A stretch of DNA of 64,000 nt from Chloroflexota bacterium (GTDB lineage Bacteria > Chloroflexota > Anaerolineae > UBA1429), in NCBI GenBank assembly GCA_019873625.1, contig JAIOAW010000003.1, positions 39,675 through 103,674 on the forward strand, given 5' to 3'. The notes under the pieces were generated by a model. It had not been told where the DNA came from. It saw only the letters and a list, made by a program, of their open reading frames with translations, and ran no database searches. The stretch's first letter is position 1; the number at the start of each line of letters is the position of its first letter. This document shows positions 17,705-24,892 of this stretch, piece by piece. A program made the translations under genes and the position numbers.

Positions 17705-19489
17705 CTAGCACTGGGGGCCTTTCGCGGGCTCCGCCGTGCGCACGAGTTTCAAGGCCCAATCGTCGTCATCGGGCTTGGGGGGTAGGGCGATTTCCCCATC
17801 GGCATTGGCCCTCAGGGTAAAAGGCTCTCCCCAAGCGCCGGTGCGCGGGTCAAACCAGCGCGCCGTGTACTCGCCCAGGTGCGCGGCGCCCCGCAGGCGC
17901 ACGGCGGGGCATTCCGCCTCAAAATAGACCATAAACAGGTCTCGTTCGGGCGTGCGCGCGCAATAGGCCCAGCCCACGTTCCCTTCGAGTTGATGCGTCC
18001 GGTTGGGCTCGACGAGGTCGGCGATGGGCACGAGATCCTGAAAGCGCGGCCCTTCGGACCATACGAAATCGTAAAAGTAGCGCATTTGCGTGCCAGAAGG
18101 CCACTGGAGGCTCTCCCACATCTGGTACGGCGCCTCCGGTTCGATATCGCCGCCCCACAGGCCGCCGGCGCCGTAGATGTGCCCGGCCAGCCCGCCCGAA
18201 AGAAAACTCCCGTACGCCCCCGAACGGCAGTAGCGCGCCGTCTCCGCCGTGCCGGGGATGACGCCCGGCGGCCAGCCCACGTCATAGGGGCTGCTCAACG
18301 CGTCATAATACGGTTCGCCGTTGAGGGCTGGCTTGGGCGGCTTGGATTCGAAAAAGATCTCGGTCAACAACCAGTGGCTGTTGTGGTGCCGCCGGTTGCC
18401 GATTTGGTGCAAGGTCAACCAAGGGGCCTCGTCGGAGTTGCCAAAGTTATTTAGGCTGGAGCCGGCCGCGTTGCACGAAAGGAGCGTGCCAAAGGCCGGC
18501 ACGCCTTTGGCCACCACGGCGTTGGCCGCCGCGTTGAACGCCCGCGAAGGGAGGGTGGCGTGGCCGTAGTCGAAATGGATGGGGCTGAGGATGACGTTAT
18601 TCGCCTGGTAACGCGCAAAGACGTACTCTACATAGCGGGCGTAGGAATCCGGCCAGCCATAGTACTTGGCCCAGACGGCCATACCGTCTCGTCGGGCGGC
18701 CTCGATGAAGGGGATGAACCCCTGGGCGTTCAGGTAATCCACCTTGCGATCCATATATTGAAAGTAGGCCGGGTTGATGCGGTTCACATCGGGGTAGACG
18801 TGTTCATAGCCCGGCACCTTGCCAGGGAAGAGGAAAGGACGGCCGCCCTCGTTATGCATATCCTTGGCGCTTTGAGTGCCAGCCTGGCGCCAGGCGGAGC
18901 GCAAAAAGGTGCCATCGGTCAGTTCGATGCGGTGGGGATGGCCGTCATTAGCCCAATTGGGGAAGGCCGCAATCATCGCGATGCAGTTGTACCCCTGGGC
19001 CTTGCGGTAGCGCACCATATCTTTGAAGCCCATCTCCGGGCCGATGGGGCGTTCGAGATCGTCGTCATCCCAGCGAAAGCGATGGGTGGGCACGGCCCAC
19101 CAGGTATCGCCGAGCAGAAAGCAGGGCGTGCCATCGGCGTATTCCAGGGCGTGGCCGCTCGGCGTGGGGCGCAGGAATCCACGCCGGCAGGGATTCGCGG
19201 CGAGTTCCTCCTCGCTCCAAGGGATGGCCTCAAAGCGCCCCGATTGACCACTGAGGCCCGGGTCCTCCGTGTTCGAGCCGCTCTCCCAATGCCATTCGCC
19301 GGGAGAGGTGGCCACCAGCCGCACGCGGAAGGTTCGGCCACCATCCCAAAAGCCATACACGCGCCGTTCAAAGCCAGGTCCTTTGAGGTTTACCCACACC
19401 TCGACCTCGGTGTAGGGGTTATCGTAATTTCCCTCGGCGTTCAGGGTGATTTCGACCTTCTCCCAAGGGTGGAATAGCCCAGAAGACAT
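17705..19489 (-). CDS. DUF5060/DUF4038-type putative glycoside hydrolase (GH140-like).
   Basis: The N-terminal beta-sandwich reads FHPWEKVEITLNAEGNYDNPYTEVEVWVNL...RVYGFWDGGRTFRVR, followed by a TIM-barrel-like body. The start is the ATG at 19489 preceded by AAGGAGG. The assignment rests on domain-pattern memory only. Confidence 0.4.
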   Translation of the reverse strand: MSSGLFHPWEKVEITLNAEGNYDNPYTEVEVWVNLKGPGFERRVYGFWDGGRTFRVRLVATSPGEWHWESGSNTEDPGLSGQSGRFEAIPWSEEELAANPCRRGFLRPTPSGHALEYADGTPCFLLGDTWWAVPTHRFRWDDDDLERPIGPEMGFKDMVRYRKAQGYNCIAMIAAFPNWANDGHPHRIELTDGTFLRSAWRQAGTQSAKDMHNEGGRPFLFPGKVPGYEHVYPDVNRINPAYFQYMDRKVDYLNAQGFIPFIEAARRDGMAVWAKYYGWPDSYARYVEYVFARYQANNVILSPIHFDYGHATLPSRAFNAAANAVVAKGVPAFGTLLSCNAAGSSLNNFGNSDEAPWLTLHQIGNRRHHNSHWLLTEIFFESKPPKPALNGEPYYDALSSPYDVGWPPGVIPGTAETARYCRSGAYGSFLSGGLAGHIYGAGGLWGGDIEPEAPYQMWESLQWPSGTQMRYFYDFVWSEGPRFQDLVPIADLVEPNRTHQLEGNVGWAYCARTPERDLFMVYFEAECPAVRLRGAAHLGEYTARWFDPRTGAWGEPFTLRANADGEIALPPKPDDDDWALKLVRTAEPAKGPQC

Positions 19490-19503
19490 AGGGTGATCCT
19501 CCT

Positions 19504-20304
19504 TCACGTGGCGAGCCATCCGCCATCCACCACCAAGACGTGCCCATTGACAAAGTTCGAAGCCTCCGAGGCTAAAAACACGATGGGGCCGAACAAGTCA
19601 TCCAACTCGCCGATGCGCTTCATCGCGATGCGGCTCAGCACCCAATCCATCGTCTTGGGGTCATCGAGCACGGGCGCGGACATCGCCGTGCGCGTGAAGA
19701 CGGGCGCCAGCGCGTTCACGTTGATGCCCCGTGGCCCCCACTCGATGGCCATCGAATGGGTCAACTGGTTCACCGCTCCTTTGCTCGGGGCATAGGCCGC
19801 GTCATGCAGGCGCCCCTGGAAGGCGCGCACGGAGGAGATATTGATGATCTTCCCCTTACCCTGTTTGAGCATCACGCGGGCCACGTGCTTGCAGCACAAA
19901 AAGACCGATTTGACATTTACGTCCATCACGCGTTCCCAGGCCGCCGTATCGAATTCCTCGATGGGCTGGAGGTGCACCACGCCTTGGCTATTCACCAAGA
20001 TGTCAATACGGCCAAAGGTGTCGAGCATATAGTGCACCATCGCCTCTACCTGGGCCTCGTCCGTCACATCGGCGGCGAAAAAGGCGCCCCGGCGCCCCAG
20101 GCTTTGGATGGCCTTGGCCGTCTCTTCCAGGCCGGCCGGCCCTCGGCTCGCCACGCAGACGTCGGCCCCGGCGGCGGCCAGGGCGAGCGCCATCGCTTGG
20201 CCCAAGCCCTTCGTCCCGCCCACCACGAGCGCCACTTTGCCATCGAGGCGAAAGCGGTCCAAAGTCGAAGGGGCAAGCGCAAGGATCTTTTCCAAATCGG
20301 ACAT
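19504..20304 (-). CDS. Short-chain dehydrogenase/reductase (KduD/gluconate-5-dehydrogenase-like).
   Basis: The cofactor-binding motif is GKVALVVGGTKGLGQAMALALAAAGADV. The catalytic SxnY-xxxK triad and the typical PG motif are present. Confidence 0.85.
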   Translation of the reverse strand: MSDLEKILALAPSTLDRFRLDGKVALVVGGTKGLGQAMALALAAAGADVCVASRGPAGLEETAKAIQSLGRRGAFFAADVTDEAQVEAMVHYMLDTFGRIDILVNSQGVVHLQPIEEFDTAAWERVMDVNVKSVFLCCKHVARVMLKQGKGKIINISSVRAFQGRLHDAAYAPSKGAVNQLTHSMAIEWGPRGINVNALAPVFTRTAMSAPVLDDPKTMDWVLSRIAMKRIGELDDLFGPIVFLASEASNFVNGHVLVVDGGWLAT

Positions 20305-20324
20305 ACCAACCCTCCCAAATGGTT

Positions 20325-20340
20325 TTGATAGAATAGGGGG
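20325..20340. promoter_or_regulatory. Conserved upstream motif, copy 1 (TTGATAGAATAGGGGG). It lies 24-35 nt upstream of the short-chain dehydrogenase ATG.
   Basis: The 12-mer ATAGAATAGGGG is identical to that at 24694-24705. On the sense strand of the downstream gene it reads CCCCTATTCTAT. Confidence 0.5.
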
Positions 20341-20388
20341 CAGAGCGCCGCCCGAGCCGGACTCTGCCCCCCGAGGAGAAGGTCCCCC

Positions 20389-21285
20389 CTAACGCCCAGT
20401 GATGCCCGTCATCACCACGCCTTTAAGGAAATAACGTTGGCCGAAGAAGAAGATGATGATCATCGGCAGCGTGAGGTAAAAGGCGGCGGCCATATTCAGG
20501 TGATACGAGGCCAAATAGGGGTCCACAAAGGCCCGCAGGCCCAAGGCGAGCGTCTTTTTCTCTTCGGAAAAGAGGTAGATGAGCGGCCCCATAAATTCGT
20601 TCCAGTGCCCCACGAAGGAAAAGATGCCGATGGCCGTAAGGACGGGTGCGTTCAACGGGAGCATAATGCGCAACCAGATGGTCCAGTTATTCGCGCCGTC
20701 AATGCGGGCGGCGTCATCGAAATCGGTTGGGATGGTCAGGTAGAACTGCCGCACGAGGAAGATATTATACGCACCCCCGCCAAAATAGGAAGGGACGATC
20801 AGCGGGAGGAAGGTATCGAGCCAGTTAATCGTCTTGAATAGGATGAAGGTGGGGATCATCGTGACGATGCCGGGCAGCATCATCGTGGCAAGGAGCAGGC
20901 CAAAGAGAAAGCCCCGCCCAGGGAAGCGCAGGCGCGCGAACCCAAACCCCACCATCGAACTGGAGACAAGGGTGCCCAAGGTGGCGCTCACCGTGACGAT
21001 GAAGGTGTTGCTCAACCAACGCAGGATGGGGGCTACGGAGAGCACCTCGATATAGTTCTGCCACATAATAGGCCGGGGAATCCATATCGGCGGGTTAGCA
21101 AACACCTGGCCCTGCGTCTTGAGGGAGGTGGAGAGCATCCAGGCGAGCGGCACCATAAAGATGGCGCTCAGTACGAGCATAATGATGTATAGGAAGAAGC
21201 GCTTGACGTAATAGGGCCAAGGCTTCAACCGCCCGCCCAACGCCCTTTTGGCGGGCTGCATTTCAGTTGCTGTGGCTGTGGCCAT
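20389..21285 (-). CDS. Carbohydrate ABC transporter permease (MalG-like).
   Basis: Six transmembrane segments. The signature is DDAARIDGANNWTIWLRIMLPL. Confidence 0.9.
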   Translation of the reverse strand: MATATATEMQPAKRALGGRLKPWPYYVKRFFLYIIMLVLSAIFMVPLAWMLSTSLKTQGQVFANPPIWIPRPIMWQNYIEVLSVAPILRWLSNTFIVTVSATLGTLVSSSMVGFGFARLRFPGRGFLFGLLLATMMLPGIVTMIPTFILFKTINWLDTFLPLIVPSYFGGGAYNIFLVRQFYLTIPTDFDDAARIDGANNWTIWLRIMLPLNAPVLTAIGIFSFVGHWNEFMGPLIYLFSEEKKTLALGLRAFVDPYLASYHLNMAAAFYLTLPMIIIFFFGQRYFLKGVVMTGITGR

Positions 21286-21290
21286 CCGAC

Positions 21291-22238
21291 TCAGCCTCCT
21301 TCGTAATAGACCCAGGTTTCCGCGAGCCGCAATTGGATGATCGTAAAACCGAGGATGATAAAGAACAGCAGCCAGGCCAGCGACGAGGCATAGCCCATAT
21401 TGAACTGCTCGAACGCGAGCCGGTAGAGGTAAAGGACGGTGAACAACGTCGAGTTGGCCGGCCCACCCGCCGTCATCAAGAAGGCGCCCGTGAATACTTG
21501 GAACGAGCCGATGATGCCCATCACCACGTTAAAGAGCATCACGGGCGAGAGCATCGGCATAGTCACGTGCCAGAACTGCGCCCAAGCGTTTGCCCCGTCA
21601 ATCTGGGCAGCCTCATAGAGCGACTGCGGGATGTTCTGCAGCCCGGCGAGGAAGATGATCATACGGTTCCCACCTGCACCCCAGAGGCTCATCAGGACGA
21701 AGGTGGCCTTGGAGGTCTTGGCGCTCCAAATCCATTGCGAAGGCGGCAGGCCGATGGCTTTGAGGACCATATTCGCCAGGCCCACTTCAGGGTTCAGAAT
21801 CCAGAACCAAACGATGGCCGAGGCCACGGCAGGGGTGAGCGAAGGCATATAGAAGAAGGTGCGGAACCAGGCCCGTCCATACATCTCTTGGACGCATAAC
21901 AGCGCCAAGATGAGCGAGGCGATGATCCCCAGCGGCACGCTGAGGAAGGTATAGTAAGCCGTGTTCCACAGAGAGATGCCGACGAAACGGTCGGCAAACA
22001 GTTGGCGGATATTCTCCAGCCCCACCCATTCGGGGGGCATAAAAAGGTTCCAACGCGTGAAGGCAAGCCAAAGCGAGGCGAGCATTGGCCCGGCCGTCCA
22101 AAGGATGAACCCCAACAGCCAAGGGAAGATAAAGATGTAGCCGTCTATGGCTTCTCGGATGGCTAGTTTGGAACGGCGCCTTTTGCCCGCTGCCTTGGCC
22201 AGCATGCCGGCTTGCGGCACGCGCGTTACGGTGGCCAT
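21291..22238 (-). CDS. Carbohydrate ABC transporter permease (MalF-like).
   Basis: The permease signature is EAAQIDGANAWAQFWHVTMPM. The likely start is ATG (MATVTRV) preceded by AGGAGGG. Confidence 0.85.
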   Translation of the reverse strand: MATVTRVPQAGMLAKAAGKRRRSKLAIREAIDGYIFIFPWLLGFILWTAGPMLASLWLAFTRWNLFMPPEWVGLENIRQLFADRFVGISLWNTAYYTFLSVPLGIIASLILALLCVQEMYGRAWFRTFFYMPSLTPAVASAIVWFWILNPEVGLANMVLKAIGLPPSQWIWSAKTSKATFVLMSLWGAGGNRMIIFLAGLQNIPQSLYEAAQIDGANAWAQFWHVTMPMLSPVMLFNVVMGIIGSFQVFTGAFLMTAGGPANSTLFTVLYLYRLAFEQFNMGYASSLAWLLFFIILGFTIIQLRLAETWVYYEGG

Positions 22239-22371
22239 TCTGTCGTTCCCTCCTGATCCATTTTGCCCGGACACTAAGGCTGCAATGAGCAGAGGGGGAC
22301 CGCTGCTCTGCCTCATCTGCAATCGAGGCAGAGCAGCGGGTTCCTGCGCATCTACTCGCGGTGCCCGGCCA

Positions 22372-23850
22372 TTACCACTTGGCCTCGGCCAAGACCTTAT
22401 CCGCCTCTTCCTTCATCTTGCGGGCCGCGCCGGCCACATCTTCGGATTGGCACGTGAAGACAGGATCCAGGTACGTGGAGTACAGTTGCTTGAGTTTGCC
22501 CATCCCCACGGGCGCCTTCATAGCGATCCGCTTGAGAGGGCCGGTGTAGTCGGTCTTCCACGGCTTGATGTGGACGTCCGCATAGTGCTCGGGGATGCCG
22601 TCCGTCGGCGCAATCACATCCAGGATATTCGGCCGGTTGACGCTCCAACGCTTCTGCTCGCCGATCCACTTTTGGATTTCCTCGCTGGTGAGGAACTTGA
22701 CCAACCGCCAACCCTCTTCTTTGTGCGCCGCCTTGGCCGTTACGCCAAAGGCCGAGCAGGCCGCTGGCGCATACTGGCCGAAGGGGCCAGCGGGCAGAGG
22801 CGTTACGTCATACTTGAACTGCACCGCCTCTTGCTTGGCAAAGAAAGTGTTCTGCTGGTGGTCATACTTCATCGCCACGAGGCGGGCGTTGCGCCACAAG
22901 TCGCCCTGGCCCACGGCCTGCGCAGGGGTGGGCATACAGTTGATGACACAACGCAGTTTGCGGCACAGTTCCCAATACTGGATGACTGCGTCGCTATCAA
23001 AGTTGGAGGTCTTCATATCCGGCTCGAACCAGTGCTTGCCGAAGGCGTTGACGAACCCCGCCGGGATATCGGCGGCCATGGTCGGATCCACCCAGGCGCA
23101 ACCGAAGACCTTGATCTTGGTCTTGTCGAACTTGGGATCATTGGCGGGGCGGCCGTTCTCGTCTCGCGTGAGGAGCGTGGCCGTCTCGACAAAGTCGTCA
23201 ATCGTCCAGGTGAGCGACGGATAGGGCACGCCGTACTGATCGAACATATCCTTGTTGTAGTAGCAGCCGTACAGCGCGCTATCTTTGGGGATGAGGTACT
23301 GCTTGCCGCCGTGGGCGAACTCGTCCATCAGTTCGATAATGAAATCCTCGCGCTTGATCCCATCGCGCTCCATATACGGCATATGGTCAATGAAGGCGCC
23401 GTTGTAGATATAGTCCATCGCGATGGTCCAGTGCGCGTGGCATACGTCGGGCGTTACGCCAGCGGCGAGCACCGTCGGCAGTTTCGTCATATAGTCGCTC
23501 CAGGATTCGAAACTGACGTTCACCCGAACGTCTGGGTTCTCATCCATAAAGCGGTAGATAAAGTTCGTGTACATCGTGCGCTCGAGGCCCACGCCTGCGG
23601 GGGTGAAGAAATCAATCTGCACCTTCTCTTTGGGCGTGGCTTGCACGACCTTGGTGACCTCCACGACCTTTTCCACCACTTGGGGCGTGCCTTGGACGAC
23701 GACGGTCTCTTTGACCACCTCTTGGACGACCTTGGTGACCTCGACGACCTTTTCTACCACTTTGGGCTGGCAGCCCGCCAAGACGGCTGCGCCGAGGCCA
23801 ATACCGGATAGGCGTAGCAACTGTCGGCGAGAAATCTTGTCGGTGAACAT
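22372..23850 (-). CDS. ABC transporter substrate-binding lipoprotein with a Tat signal.
   Basis: The N-terminus is MFTDKISRRQLLRLSGIGLGAAVLAGC (a twin-arginine motif plus lipobox). A repetitive (KVVEVTKVVQ)n linker leads into the binding-protein family-1 body. Confidence 0.85.
   Translation of the reverse strand: MFTDKISRRQLLRLSGIGLGAAVLAGCQPKVVEKVVEVTKVVQEVVKETVVVQGTPQVVEKVVEVTKVVQATPKEKVQIDFFTPAGVGLERTMYTNFIYRFMDENPDVRVNVSFESWSDYMTKLPTVLAAGVTPDVCHAHWTIAMDYIYNGAFIDHMPYMERDGIKREDFIIELMDEFAHGGKQYLIPKDSALYGCYYNKDMFDQYGVPYPSLTWTIDDFVETATLLTRDENGRPANDPKFDKTKIKVFGCAWVDPTMAADIPAGFVNAFGKHWFEPDMKTSNFDSDAVIQYWELCRKLRCVINCMPTPAQAVGQGDLWRNARLVAMKYDHQQNTFFAKQEAVQFKYDVTPLPAGPFGQYAPAACSAFGVTAKAAHKEEGWRLVKFLTSEEIQKWIGEQKRWSVNRPNILDVIAPTDGIPEHYADVHIKPWKTDYTGPLKRIAMKAPVGMGKLKQLYSTYLDPVFTCQSEDVAGAARKMKEEADKVLAEAKW
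23647..23765. repeat. Two near-identical 39-nt direct repeats (36/39 identity) inside the linker region of the binding-protein gene.
   Basis: The two copies are gaccttggtgacctccacgaccttttccaccacttgggg and gaccttggtgacctcgacgaccttttctaccactttggg. On the minus strand they encode QVVEKVVEVTKVVQ twice. Confidence 0.7.
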
Positions 23851-23953
23851 ACTCCTCTCCTTTACCTTCTAGGCCGTAGAGCACTCCAAACCGTTCATGA
23901 GATGAGAATTCGCTTTGCTCCACCTCCTTTCTGCTCGCGTGAGCCTGCCCGCG

Positions 23954-24676
23954 TTACTTGAACTGGGCGTAATAGGCCTCGACCTTTTCCACGTCCACCG
24001 TTTCATCCATCGGCAGGCCCAGGCGCTCGTACAGACGGCGGCGGCCACGCATATCGGCGAGGAGGATGGCGATGGCATGCCGCGCCACTTCTTCCGCCAA
24101 ATCCGAAGGCACCACGATGACGCCGTCATCGTCGCAGCCGACGATGTCTCCAGGGCGCACCTGGGCGCCGCCGCAGGCGATGACCGTGTTCGCCTCCACC
24201 TCCATAATGCGGCCGGGGATGATGGTGCGGCCGCGCTTGCGGCAGGCGACGGGCGTCTTCTGCAGGCACACCTCGTAGGTATCGCGGCAGTAGCCATCCG
24301 TGACGATGCCCACGGCGCCGGCGGCGATCATCGCGAGCGAGTTGTTAGACCCCCAATACCCCACCTCTTTGGATTCGCCCGTATCCGTGACGATGACGCA
24401 GCCCGGGGTGATAAGTTCGCGCAGATGCACGGGGCTGGGGTACTTGGCATACCAGTGGGCATGGTCGCGGACGATATCCTCGGTCGTTTCGAGTTTCCAC
24501 ATCGGCCGGTTCGAGGGCACACAACGCAGGGTAACGGCTGGCCCCCAGAACTTCATACCAGACCAGAGGGGGCGGATCTCGGGGGACATCAGGCCGATGT
24601 CGAAATAGCCAATGCCGTCCATCGCGTCGGCCACGTCCACCACTCGCAAGTACTTGTACAGGTCTACGACGTTCAT
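23954..24676 (-). CDS. RraA-family protein, paralog 3.
   Basis: The pattern is GCVIVTDTG...GYWGSNNSL...GAVGIVTDGYCRDTYEV. Overall similarity to the gene at 12060-12800 is clear. Confidence 0.7.
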   Translation of the reverse strand: MNVVDLYKYLRVVDVADAMDGIGYFDIGLMSPEIRPLWSGMKFWGPAVTLRCVPSNRPMWKLETTEDIVRDHAHWYAKYPSPVHLRELITPGCVIVTDTGESKEVGYWGSNNSLAMIAAGAVGIVTDGYCRDTYEVCLQKTPVACRKRGRTIIPGRIMEVEANTVIACGGAQVRPGDIVGCDDDGVIVVPSDLAEEVARHAIAILLADMRGRRRLYERLGLPMDETVDVEKVEAYYAQFK

Positions 24677-24691
24677 TCTCCACTCCTGCCT

Positions 24692-24707
24692 TTATAGAAT
24701 AGGGGCC
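24692..24707. promoter_or_regulatory. Conserved upstream motif, copy 2 (TTATAGAATAGGGGCC). It lies 18-29 nt upstream of the RraA paralog 3 ATG.
   Basis: It shares the 12-mer ATAGAATAGGGG with copy 1, in the same position relative to the start codon. Confidence 0.5.
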
Positions 24708-24892
24708 AGGTTTTGCGTCACGGCCCCGCGTGACCGGGGGATGTGCCCTAGGCGCCCCAAGGGCGCACGTAGACCGAAAGGCGGCCCCAAAGGCCGTTAG
24801 GCATTTTAGGGCCTTTCTCCTATAATCATTGTAGCAGGTTTTTCAATAAATGAAGCGTCAAGTTGAGGACAATTACAGGCCAAAGAGGGGAC

